Positions 46,594 to 56,148 of a DNA stretch of 64,000 nt are shown here, one piece after another. The DNA is from Candidatus Latescibacterota bacterium. GTDB lineage: Bacteria; Latescibacterota; UBA2968; UBA8231. The notes under the pieces are model-generated. The model did no database searches. It was not told the origin of the DNA and was given only the letters and a program-made list of their open reading frames with translations. The stretch is taken from contig OZ244561.1 of the NCBI GenBank assembly GCA_965217585.1, forward strand, positions 6,080,001 to 6,144,000. Direction: 5' to 3'. The stretch's first letter is position 1; the number at the start of each line of letters is the position of its first letter. Made by a program: the position numbers and the translations under genes.

Positions 46594-49146
46594 ATGAACA
46601 GAATGCAAGTCGTCCTCTATACCCTATTGCTCTCCGTCACGGCCTGGGCCCAGGGCTATCGCCTCGAGCCAAATCAGTTGATCGTTAGTGAGAGCGACTG
46701 GCCGGAGTGGAATTTCCCCAAGGGCAGTGTGGATTTTGGTGACGAAGGGGCCCGGCCCCATTTTGTGCGGCGGCAGATCAATGCCTCACTGAACGCGGGT
46801 GCCTTCAGTCGCGAGGACGTGCCCGGGGGCATCCGACGGGCCGGGACCAACTTGGCGGGGGCCGCCCAGCTCATGGACGGTCAGGTGGAGACCTACTGGG
46901 AGCCGGATCTGGATGCGCCGCTGCGCGACTGGTGGGTCGAGGTGGATCTGGGTCGGGTGGTGTGGGCGGAGAAAGTGGTGGTGAAATTTGTTGCCGCAGG
47001 GTTGGGGGATCCGTTTTTGCAGTTCAAGGTGCTCACCTCCAATGGGGATGAGGCCTTCCAGGGTAGTGCAAGCTTGGACTATCGGGTGGCCGGTCGCAGC
47101 GAGGGGTTGAACAAGACGCAGCGGGTTTTCGAGTATGCTCTGCGTCCTGCCGAGTCGGCGGATCCGGATTTGAGTGGAGATCTGATCCAGTATGTGCAGA
47201 TTGTGGCCACGGCTAGCGATGGCCGTCGTGGGGCGGAGGTGAGTGCGTCTGGTTGGTCGGGCTTGGCGGCGGAGGATCGGGGGGATGTGCTTTATTTTCG
47301 TCGGGAGTCGACGGGAGTGGAGCGGGAGGTATCTCAGGCGGAGTACGAGACCATAAGCGATGCCCAGTTGCAGGGTCCGATCCGCTATTATCGGTCGGAG
47401 CGTCCTCGGTTGGCCGAAGTGGAAGTGTGGACGGTGGGGGAGAATATTGGTTTGGGCTGGAAGGAGCGCGGGGGGTCGATCCAGGCCTTTGGGGGCGTGG
47501 GCGGACAATCCAATATAGTCGACGGCGATTACACCACCGCCTGGAACGCAGAAGTATCGTTTTCCGGAGCTGCCGGAGCGCAAATCAAGAACCGGGACCG
47601 AAACCTACTGTTCGACCTAGGCACTTGGTACTGGGTCGACCGCACCTTTATTGTCTACGGCAATTCCATCTTTCCCAATTATATACTCAGTCTTTCGGAT
47701 GGCAGTCTGGCACCCGATGGCAGCCGGGTCTTTACCTCCGTGGTTGCGCGCGGCAGAGACGATGTCACGCTTGGCAGCGAGGCCCAAGCGCCCGCAGGGT
47801 CGCTGCCGACAGACACGGCTATGCAGGCCAATTCCTTTCCTCCCATAAAGGGGCGCTATTTCAAGTTCGACTATCGCCTGATCAACGTCGGGCGGGTAGC
47901 GTGGGGAGCCGATATAAGGCAACTGCTGCTCTACGGCTTTGGTTTTCTTCCTCAGGTCACCCTGCACACGCCGGCGATCGAGTTGGGAGACACCCCCCGC
48001 ATCCTTTCCACTATCTCCTGGGAGGCCCAAACGCCGCCCGGCACCCAGCTACAGATCCGCACCCGAACCGGAAACCGACTCACCGTGGACAAGCATTTCT
48101 ACGACAAACAGGGCGTTGAAGTGGACGAGGCGGCCTATCGCAAGATGCTGTCCTTCCTGCGCGGGGATTCGACGGTCGCCTTTGTGCCCGACGAGGCGGA
48201 CTGGAGCCAGTGGAGCCAATTTTACGAGCAACCCGGAGCGGCCATCACCTCGCCTAGTCCGCGGCGCTATATAATGATTGAGGCCGGTCTGCTCTCGGAC
48301 GACCCCCACCAATCCGCGGTGTTGCACAACCTGAATATTGGTCTGAAAGATCCATTGGCCCACCAAATTCTGGGTGAAGTAACGCCCCGCAGAGCCCAAC
48401 AGAGCGGTCAACCCGAGGAGTTCACTCTGTTCCTGACGATCCCGCCCAACGAGGAGGGCCCGTCGGGTTTGGGGTTCGATCAGGTGCTCGTTGAAGTGCC
48501 CCCGAGCGCCGAAGTGGAGTTGGTGGATGTGCGGGTGGGCTTGGCCGACGATCTGGCGGCGGGGGGCGGTCAGGTGTATCGGGCGGACGAGTTGGAGGTA
48601 AAGGCCGGGTCTGATTCGTTGTGGGTGCGCCTGCCCGGGGTGGTGCAGTCGGCCGAGTCTCAGGTGATGCTGCGATTTTCGAGTGTGTTTTATCTGGCGA
48701 GCAATGCGTTTCTGGTCTCGGTGGGTCTGGGGGAGGCGGCGGCTGTGGTGTGGCAGCGGGTGGACGCGACGGCTTCGGGGGAGGGGCTGACGGTGCTGAC
48801 GCCGGTGGTGGGTGGACTGTTAGGTGCCCTGGAGGTTACGGGAAATCCCTTCACGCCGAACGGCGATGGCATCAACGATGCGGTGAAATTCATCTTTCCC
48901 ATATTTAAGATGCCAGGGCAGACCTCGCTGGTATTGGCGGTCTACGGTCTCGATGGGGCGCTAGTACATCGTTCGGCGCAGTCCGTAGCGCACGCCGCCG
49001 GTGTTCAGGAGGTGAGTTGGGACGGCCGGGACCGGGATGGGGTGCTATTGCCGCCTGGCTTGTATATCTGCCGGGTGGGTCCAGAGGTGGACGCAGAGGG
49101 TATCGGCGAATTCACGGTGGCCGCGGTCGTGGCCAGTGTGTACTGA
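46594..49146 (+). CDS. Family A (A1) secreted protein with FlgD/CTD-like domain
   Basis: Signal peptide; WWVEVDLG, LGDPFLQF, PRLAEVEVW, IRTRTG, WSQWS, NPFTPNGDGIND..VASVY. Confidence 0.85.
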   Translation: MNRMQVVLYTLLLSVTAWAQGYRLEPNQLIVSESDWPEWNFPKGSVDFGDEGARPHFVRRQINASLNAGAFSREDVPGGIRRAGTNLAGAAQLMDGQVETYWEPDLDAPLRDWWVEVDLGRVVWAEKVVVKFVAAGLGDPFLQFKVLTSNGDEAFQGSASLDYRVAGRSEGLNKTQRVFEYALRPAESADPDLSGDLIQYVQIVATASDGRRGAEVSASGWSGLAAEDRGDVLYFRRESTGVEREVSQAEYETISDAQLQGPIRYYRSERPRLAEVEVWTVGENIGLGWKERGGSIQAFGGVGGQSNIVDGDYTTAWNAEVSFSGAAGAQIKNRDRNLLFDLGTWYWVDRTFIVYGNSIFPNYILSLSDGSLAPDGSRVFTSVVARGRDDVTLGSEAQAPAGSLPTDTAMQANSFPPIKGRYFKFDYRLINVGRVAWGADIRQLLLYGFGFLPQVTLHTPAIELGDTPRILSTISWEAQTPPGTQLQIRTRTGNRLTVDKHFYDKQGVEVDEAAYRKMLSFLRGDSTVAFVPDEADWSQWSQFYEQPGAAITSPSPRRYIMIEAGLLSDDPHQSAVLHNLNIGLKDPLAHQILGEVTPRRAQQSGQPEEFTLFLTIPPNEEGPSGLGFDQVLVEVPPSAEVELVDVRVGLADDLAAGGGQVYRADELEVKAGSDSLWVRLPGVVQSAESQVMLRFSSVFYLASNAFLVSVGLGEAAAVVWQRVDATASGEGLTVLTPVVGGLLGALEVTGNPFTPNGDGINDAVKFIFPIFKMPGQTSLVLAVYGLDGALVHRSAQSVAHAAGVQEVSWDGRDRDGVLLPPGLYICRVGPEVDAEGIGEFTVAAVVASVY

Positions 49147-49318
49147 GAGTATAGACGCAAATTCCTCCCGACGTTGCCGCAGCGCAGGCCGTCAATCCCG
49201 CAGGGGCTGGCGGCCTGTCGCACATTGTCCCTCTGATCCCATTCCACCATCGTCTTTCCAACCGCAGGGAAAGTACTAGCCGGTCCCTATAGCTGCTTGG
49301 GACAGGGGGCGAATACGG

Positions 49319-51313
49319 TTGAAAAAGAAAATCCCCGCAGAGTACCTGCAATACCTGACGAAAGAGACCAACTTGGCAGCAGATCAGCAAAGTGCCACCG
49401 GCATTCCCATGCGGGGCATATTGATCGGTGCGGTGCTCTCCTTTCTGATCAATTTCCTCGATGTGTATTGCACACTCATGATACGCGGGTCGTACCTGAC
49501 CCTGAATTTCAGTACGCCGGCGGCTCTTTTCTTTTTTTTCATTCTGGTGCTGGCTAGCGGCCTAATAACCCTCATCCGCAGGCCCCTGGCGCTAAGTCAG
49601 ACCGAGCTGATCACTATCTACATCATGATGATAGTGAGCTGCTGTGTCCCCAGCATGGGGTTGACGCCGGTCCTGCTGCCCCAACTGGTGGGTCCCATTT
49701 ACTACGCCAGCCCCGAGAACGACTGGGCCGAGATCTACAACCAGTTCATACCCAACTGGCTCATTCCGCAGGGGGAAAACGTCGCGCGCTATTTCTACGA
49801 AGGACTGCCTCAGGGTGCTCCCATTCCCTGGGGGCCTTGGATTGTGCCCCTGACCTACTGGTACGGTTTCTTCCTCTCCCTCTGTCTGGTCATGACGTTT
49901 ACTATGATTATCCTGCGCAAGCAGTGGGTGGACCGAGAAAAACTGGTCTATCCCTTGGTCCAGGTGCCGATGGAGATGATCCAGCAGGAGAGAAAGGGAA
50001 TTATCGGCAAGTCCTTCTTTACCAATAAAGTAATGTGGGTCGCCTTTGCCTTTTCGTTCATTCTGATCAGCATCAACGGGTTGAATTCCTATTACCCCTA
50101 CTTCCCGCTAATTGAGCGGGACTTCAGGCTGCCCATTTTCCGCGACACGGTCATTCTCTGGTTCTCCTTCAGTCCGTCTTGGCTCGGCTTCTTCTATTTT
50201 GTCGGTCTCGACATTTCCGCTTCCATCTGGATTTTCCACACCCTCACCCTGATCCAGAAGGGCATTTTCAACATCGTCGGCATCCAGAGTACGGAGCGGA
50301 TAGACCACTACGCCCGCGATACGTACACCTCCCATCAGGGCATGGGGGCCATGATCATCTTCGTGCTGATCATGGTATGGGGGTCGCGCGAACACCTAGG
50401 CGATGTATTTCGCAAGGCGCTTGGACGCGCACCCGAAATAGACGACTCCGGCGAGGTGGTGTCCTATCGGCAGGCGGTGTTGGGTTTGTTCGCTTCGCTG
50501 TTCCTCTTTGGCTTTGGCCTGTGGGTGAGCGGCCTGCCGCTCTTGGGAACCCTGATGTTCATCTTTAGCGCCATGGTGATTTTTCTCAGTCTGACCCGCG
50601 TTGTGACCGAAGGTGGCGTCCCAGCCATGAGGCCGCCGGTGATGAGTTCGACCTTTGTCATTTCGGGGGGCGGCACCCAAGCCTTGGGGGCTTCCGGGCT
50701 AGTGGTGCTGGGCTTCTCCTATGGCTGGCATTCCGAAATCCGCTCTTTTGTGATGGCGTCGGTGGCCAATGGGCTAAAAATGAGCGAAGTCATCAGAGGC
50801 TCCAAACGCCCTCTGTTCTGGGCCGTGATCATCGCCATTGTGGTCAGCCTGATAGGCTCTACGTATATGGTTCTGTACTTGGCTTATAAATACGGCGGCA
50901 TCAACCTCAATCCGCTCTTTTTTGGCTGGAAGGGGGGCATTGGCCCCACGGATATGGCCCCGCGCATTGTCTCAGAACCTACGGGTCCCCGTCTCGACGC
51001 TTGGCTGTTCATGGGCATTGGCGGGGCGGTGATGGCGGGATTGATGTGGGTCCGGCACCAAGTCCTCTGGTGGCCCCTCAGTCCGCTGGGGTATTTGATC
51101 AGTGCCAATTGGAAGACCAGCCATATTTACGCCAGCGTATTCCTCGCTTGGTTTCTCAAATTGGTCATCCTGAGGTATGGCGGGCCCAAGCTGTACCGCA
51201 GCTTGCGCCCGTTTTTCCTCGGTCTTATCCTCGGGGAAATTGTGGCGGCCGGAGTCTGGCTGGTCATCGATTATTTCACCGGACACATGGACAGTTTCCT
51301 CACCCAAGTATAG
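49319..51313 (+). CDS. Family D polytopic inner-membrane protein (DUF6785/DUF6784-like putative transporter)
   Basis: Many TM helices; YYASPENDW, LRKQWVDREKLVYPLVQVP, WWPLSPLG, RYGG..LY...PFFLGLILG. Confidence 0.8.
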   Translation: MKKKIPAEYLQYLTKETNLAADQQSATGIPMRGILIGAVLSFLINFLDVYCTLMIRGSYLTLNFSTPAALFFFFILVLASGLITLIRRPLALSQTELITIYIMMIVSCCVPSMGLTPVLLPQLVGPIYYASPENDWAEIYNQFIPNWLIPQGENVARYFYEGLPQGAPIPWGPWIVPLTYWYGFFLSLCLVMTFTMIILRKQWVDREKLVYPLVQVPMEMIQQERKGIIGKSFFTNKVMWVAFAFSFILISINGLNSYYPYFPLIERDFRLPIFRDTVILWFSFSPSWLGFFYFVGLDISASIWIFHTLTLIQKGIFNIVGIQSTERIDHYARDTYTSHQGMGAMIIFVLIMVWGSREHLGDVFRKALGRAPEIDDSGEVVSYRQAVLGLFASLFLFGFGLWVSGLPLLGTLMFIFSAMVIFLSLTRVVTEGGVPAMRPPVMSSTFVISGGGTQALGASGLVVLGFSYGWHSEIRSFVMASVANGLKMSEVIRGSKRPLFWAVIIAIVVSLIGSTYMVLYLAYKYGGINLNPLFFGWKGGIGPTDMAPRIVSEPTGPRLDAWLFMGIGGAVMAGLMWVRHQVLWWPLSPLGYLISANWKTSHIYASVFLAWFLKLVILRYGGPKLYRSLRPFFLGLILGEIVAAGVWLVIDYFTGHMDSFLTQV

Positions 51314-53881
51314 TTGCTCAACGTGGCCGCGCTAGAGCCTGCTTCCCCCAATGGGGCGTCTGGGCCTTCTCCATTCGAGATGGCGACGGTGCTCAGTTGC
51401 CTTTTTCTGTCGGGGGCCGCCAGCCTGTTCTACGAAGTCTGCTGGATCAGAAAGGCCGGACTGTTCTTTGGCAGTACGACCTTCGCCTTGGCGACAGTTC
51501 TCGCCGTGTTTTTCCTCGGACTGGCCATTGGCAGTGCCTTGGCCGGTCGCTTGGCGACGTCGCTGCAGCGCCCGTTGCGGATCTATGGGATCGTCGAACT
51601 GGCCATCGCGGTGTTGGGCCTAGCGAGCAACGCGCTACTGGACGTGGCCGACGACGGCTACGGAATGCTCTATCGCTGGGCCGATGGCTCGGCACCTTGG
51701 ATTGCGCTGGCGCGCTTGGTCTTAGTGGCAGCCGTGATCCTCGCGCCCACGATTCTGATGGGGGCGACGGTCCCCTTGCTCGCTAAGGCGACCATCCGCC
51801 GACACCGCAGCCTCGGATTTGCCGCGGGTGGCCTCTACGGCATCAATGCGCTGGGGGCTGCCGCTGGGGCGGCTCTGGCCGGCTTTGTGACCCTGCCGGT
51901 CCTGGGGCTCGCCGCGACCATCTACTTGGGGGCGGGCCTCAATGTTTTGTGTGGCGTCGCCGTGCTGCTGGTCTGTTGGCAAATGAACTCCGCTCCGCTT
52001 CCCGACCAAGAAGACCAATCGACAGACGCGGGCAGGATGCTGAGAGTACCCGTCCTGCTGCCCTTGTTCTTTCTGACCGGGTTTGTCGGCGTGGCCATCG
52101 AGATTCTGTGGGCGCGCTACCTGCCGCTGATGATCACCAGTTCGGTGTACGCGTACACTCTGCCGCTGGTCGTGGTTCTGCTCGGCATTGGCCTTGGTAG
52201 CCTCGTCATCGCGCCGCTGTGCGACCGCAGCCGGTATCCAGTCGTCGTCTTCGGCCTCCTCCAGGCTTGCACTGGGCTGAGCGCCTTGGTCGCCATGAAG
52301 CTTCCCCGGGATCTCTGGACGGTGCTCGGGCAGGCCGCTCCAGAGCTGATAAGCGCCAACCACTTCATGGGCCTTCACGGTGCCATATTGCTGCCGGGCG
52401 CGCTGGCTTCGGGGGCCTCGTTTCCCCTCGTGGTCCGCCTGGTGTCGAGGAACGTCGCCGACGCGAGTTGGACGATCGGCCGGCTGACGGCAATCAATAC
52501 CGCAGGTGCCATTGCGAGTGCGGTGATCATGGCTTGGGGACTTTCCTGGTTGGGGCTCGACCTCGCGCTGCGGACGGTCACCGGCATGGCCATTGTCGGT
52601 GCCAGTGTGGCCTTTGCCGCAGGGGTAGGCCGCCAGATGGGCCGGCGCGTCGCGGCCTTGCTGATCGCCTTCAGTATAATTGGGTGGGGACTCGCCGCGA
52701 CCCTGCTCAAAACGAGGCTGCCCCACGACCATCTGTCTTCCGAGGGGACCCTGCTCGAAGTAGTGGAGGGCCAAGGTGCCAGCCTTGCCGTGGTGCAACT
52801 CGAAGACAAGGTGCTGCTCGGGATCGACCGCTTGTGGCAGGGTTCCAACAAGAAGAACCAGCAGACCTTTGCCGGCCATCTGCCCATGCTGCTGCGCGGC
52901 GATGGCAACGGGACGGATGTGCTGGTAGTGGGTATGGGTACTGGCCAAGCTGCGGGGCGATTTCTGTTGTGGGATGTCCATAGGCTCGATTGCCTAGATG
53001 TGGAAGCGGCTGTTTTCGATCTCGCCCGCCGCTACTTTGGCGCGACTTGGCTGGACGACCCTCGGGTGCGCGCCCTAGCAGAAGACGGCCGGGATTACAT
53101 CCGCCACAGCCAAGCCCGCTACGATGTGATCGGCATTGAAGTGGGCCAACTCTTTCGCCCGGGTATCATTTCCTTTTACACCAAAGATTTTTACCAGCGC
53201 CTCAAACAGCGGCTAGAGCCCGGCGGTCTAGTGACGCAATTCGTGCCGGTGCGGATGCTTTCCACGCCGCAAGTGCTCGACATCGTCGCCACCTTCATCA
53301 GCGTCTTTCCGCAGAGTCAGCTCTGGTTCAATGGGCCCGAGTTTGTCTTGATCGGTCGCCGGGCGGATGCCTTTGCGCTCGACATCCCATCCCTCGAAGA
53401 GCGGCTGGGGAGGACTGAAATTCGCCGCGATCTGCATTACCGGCACCCGCTGGACGCGAATACGGGGTTGCTCAACGAGTCCGACAGCGTCTTGGGGAGC
53501 TTCCTAGCTGCGGCTGAGGATCTGCGCATCTTAGCTCGCGATGGGCGGATTCTCGCGGATGACGTGCCTAGGTTTGACTACGAACTCGATCCGCATCAAG
53601 ATATCGAGGTGCGCACCGTGGGTGCCTTGCTCGAGATCGAAAAACCCTTGCGCAAGGCGGCCTCTGTCGCGCTTGATGGGAGGCGCATGGCCCGCATTGA
53701 ACAAATGCGCAAACAAAATCTGTACGCCTTGGCCAACCTGATCGTCGACCGCGGCAACAAAGCCTTGCAGGCCGGGCAACTAAAGTTGGCCGAGCGGACT
53801 GCGCGGGAGGTGCTGGCCGAGGTGCCGGCGCATACTAGGGCGCTTTGGCTCCTCGAAAGGATTGAGGGCCGCGTTCGGTGA
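51314..53881 (+). CDS. Fused MFS-like membrane domain / spermidine-synthase-like SAM-binding domain
   Basis: LSGAASLFYEVCW, LYGINALGA, VLVVGMGTG, EDGRDYI, YDVI, FYTKDFY..L.PGG; start uncertain (ATG 51380 possible). Confidence 0.85.
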   Translation: MLNVAALEPASPNGASGPSPFEMATVLSCLFLSGAASLFYEVCWIRKAGLFFGSTTFALATVLAVFFLGLAIGSALAGRLATSLQRPLRIYGIVELAIAVLGLASNALLDVADDGYGMLYRWADGSAPWIALARLVLVAAVILAPTILMGATVPLLAKATIRRHRSLGFAAGGLYGINALGAAAGAALAGFVTLPVLGLAATIYLGAGLNVLCGVAVLLVCWQMNSAPLPDQEDQSTDAGRMLRVPVLLPLFFLTGFVGVAIEILWARYLPLMITSSVYAYTLPLVVVLLGIGLGSLVIAPLCDRSRYPVVVFGLLQACTGLSALVAMKLPRDLWTVLGQAAPELISANHFMGLHGAILLPGALASGASFPLVVRLVSRNVADASWTIGRLTAINTAGAIASAVIMAWGLSWLGLDLALRTVTGMAIVGASVAFAAGVGRQMGRRVAALLIAFSIIGWGLAATLLKTRLPHDHLSSEGTLLEVVEGQGASLAVVQLEDKVLLGIDRLWQGSNKKNQQTFAGHLPMLLRGDGNGTDVLVVGMGTGQAAGRFLLWDVHRLDCLDVEAAVFDLARRYFGATWLDDPRVRALAEDGRDYIRHSQARYDVIGIEVGQLFRPGIISFYTKDFYQRLKQRLEPGGLVTQFVPVRMLSTPQVLDIVATFISVFPQSQLWFNGPEFVLIGRRADAFALDIPSLEERLGRTEIRRDLHYRHPLDANTGLLNESDSVLGSFLAAAEDLRILARDGRILADDVPRFDYELDPHQDIEVRTVGALLEIEKPLRKAASVALDGRRMARIEQMRKQNLYALANLIVDRGNKALQAGQLKLAERTAREVLAEVPAHTRALWLLERIEGRVR

Positions 53882-53893
53882 ACGAAGCGGCGC

Positions 53894-55918
53894 TCAAAAA
53901 TACCCGATGACGTTGCCGATCTTCCCGGTGAAGAAGTCTATGATCCACCACAGCCCGGCCACTACGATCTGGCCGATGATCAAACCCAAGAAAAACAGCC
54001 TGGACTTCCGGTACAGCGACGATCCACCGTATTTGAGGATGATGGTCTTGAAGAACCACGCCAGGAACACGCTGAACCACACCCAATTCATGATGTAGAA
54101 CGTGCCGGTGGCAAAGCCTATGGGGTGTACGGGCCACCACACGAACCGGTACCTGACATAAGTCAACACCCCCATGAGACCCGCGCCGATTCCGGTGAAA
54201 ACCCACCCGCCCCAATTGACCGGCACCGGATCGTTGATTTTAGGGGTTATGAAAGTGAAGACCGTATTCTGGGGAATCGAAACGAAAAAGAAGCCGTATA
54301 GATTGATCCCGCCATAGGTGTGCGCCAGATGCATGAGCTGCCATATGGAACTGACCAAGCTAATTAAAACGGCCAAGAACAACGCCCACACCACCCTCCT
54401 TTTATTTTTGATTTCTTCCGCCAGTTTCAGGGCGTTGGCGAGAATCGGCATGAAAAACACGCGGATATTCGCGCTCCAGATGTAGGTGAATGCCACGCCG
54501 ATCAGCCCGGAGGTGCCCAGGGCGGTGGTCCCCAGCCCGGATATGACGAAATCGGCCGGCGTCAACGGGGTGCGGATCACCGAGATTCCTCCCTCCGCCA
54601 CGGCCCGGGTAAGGGCGATGAAGATGACGAACGCGGCGGCCAGGAAGATCGGCACGATCCACAGGGGCAGCCCGGACTTCCACAGCCAGACTACCATCAA
54701 TCCCAGCCCAGTGAGCAGACCCCAGACCGCGGTGCGATAGGACAGGATCTCGCCGCTGTCATCGATTTCGGGATCTCCTTTCAAGGCCTTTCTGAAGACC
54801 TCTCGGAGATGCTCCCGCCCCATCCACATACCGGACAGCACCAGCACGATCATGGCACCCATGGCCTGGTGCGCCAGGTACGGGCCGACCGAATTGGCAA
54901 AGCGGCTCAGGTTTTCGCTGCTGTGGATACCCAAGATATTGAACGCGCCCCGCTGCAGGGTCGACAACAGGAAAAAGAGCCAGAAGCCCAGGGCGATATC
55001 GCGATTGATCAGATAGGCGAAACCAAGCAGGGCCACGTTCAGGTCCAGGCGGAGGTAGGTACTCCCCCTGAACAGGTTTAGCTCCGTATAGGTGCTGAGG
55101 CCTGGCACGAAAGGGAAATAATTGTGCAGGGCATTGATATTGCCCATGATGAAGGGGACGGCGAACCCCGCCCACATGAGCCCGCTCTTGAAGAACGGCT
55201 TGATCCTCGGGGCCAGCGCCTCGGGGCTGCGCGCCCCTCGCGGTTCATCCTGGATCATCTCCAGGGGCACCTGGACCAGCGGGTAGATCAACTTTTCCTG
55301 TTCCATCCACTGCTTGCGCAGGATGACCATCATACACAGGGAGACCCAGAACAGCGCGATGATGAACAAGCCCCAGTAGAACAGCGGCTCCAGCCAGGCC
55401 TCCCAGGGTATGGACCCATCTTGGGGCAGTCCTTCGTAGAAGAGCTTCACCGCCCGGTAGTCGTCGACTACCATCCACCGGGGCAGGTGGGGGTGGATGA
55501 GATTGGCCCAGTCGTTCTCGGGCGTGGCGTAGTAGAAAACCCCGGTGATGATCGGTAGCACATAGGAAGTGAAACCAATGGTAGGCAGGGCCGCGGCGAC
55601 CATGGCCATGATGTACACCACGGCCAGTTCGGCGCGGGCCAGGACCAGCCTTCTGCTGACCAGCCCCAGGCCCACATTGATCAGCGCCACATAAACGAAG
55701 AAGGAGAACAGAGAAACGGGTGTGCTGAAATTGTGCGCCGGCGAGGTGCCTCCCAGCATCAGCTTGATATAGGCGGAACTGATACCCACGAAAAGCGCCA
55801 TCAAGGCGCCGACAAAGACAGCCCTGAAGGTAATATCCCCGGCCTCTCCCCCGGAGAACCCCGGCGAGGAGGAGGGTTTTAAATACCTTCGAAATGCTTC
55901 TGGCACTTCCTTGTCCAA
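53894..55918 (-). CDS. Family D polytopic inner-membrane protein, second paralog
   Basis: YYATPENDW, LRKQWMEQEKLIYPLVQVP, WWPVHPIG; start set at TTG 55918 by alignment with the 49319 N-terminus. Confidence 0.8.
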   Translation of the reverse strand: MDKEVPEAFRRYLKPSSSPGFSGGEAGDITFRAVFVGALMALFVGISSAYIKLMLGGTSPAHNFSTPVSLFSFFVYVALINVGLGLVSRRLVLARAELAVVYIMAMVAAALPTIGFTSYVLPIITGVFYYATPENDWANLIHPHLPRWMVVDDYRAVKLFYEGLPQDGSIPWEAWLEPLFYWGLFIIALFWVSLCMMVILRKQWMEQEKLIYPLVQVPLEMIQDEPRGARSPEALAPRIKPFFKSGLMWAGFAVPFIMGNINALHNYFPFVPGLSTYTELNLFRGSTYLRLDLNVALLGFAYLINRDIALGFWLFFLLSTLQRGAFNILGIHSSENLSRFANSVGPYLAHQAMGAMIVLVLSGMWMGREHLREVFRKALKGDPEIDDSGEILSYRTAVWGLLTGLGLMVVWLWKSGLPLWIVPIFLAAAFVIFIALTRAVAEGGISVIRTPLTPADFVISGLGTTALGTSGLIGVAFTYIWSANIRVFFMPILANALKLAEEIKNKRRVVWALFLAVLISLVSSIWQLMHLAHTYGGINLYGFFFVSIPQNTVFTFITPKINDPVPVNWGGWVFTGIGAGLMGVLTYVRYRFVWWPVHPIGFATGTFYIMNWVWFSVFLAWFFKTIILKYGGSSLYRKSRLFFLGLIIGQIVVAGLWWIIDFFTGKIGNVIGYF

Positions 55919-56148
55919 ACAGGCATCCCCATCTGACAAAATACAATGCAAGCGGCAGTAATATACAGCAGTAAACTGCCCCGAGCCAGCTACAGAAAAG
56001 CGACTGGAGCAGAGCAGCCCGGAATCGCTTCAACTGTGCGGGCACAGGCATTTTTCGCGTGTATCGGGCCGGTAAAAAACGTATATTCAACCTTCGGGTG
56101 GAAGTGAGATTTGGGTTTATCCCTCTCTTGCAGCGGAGGTGTTAAAAC

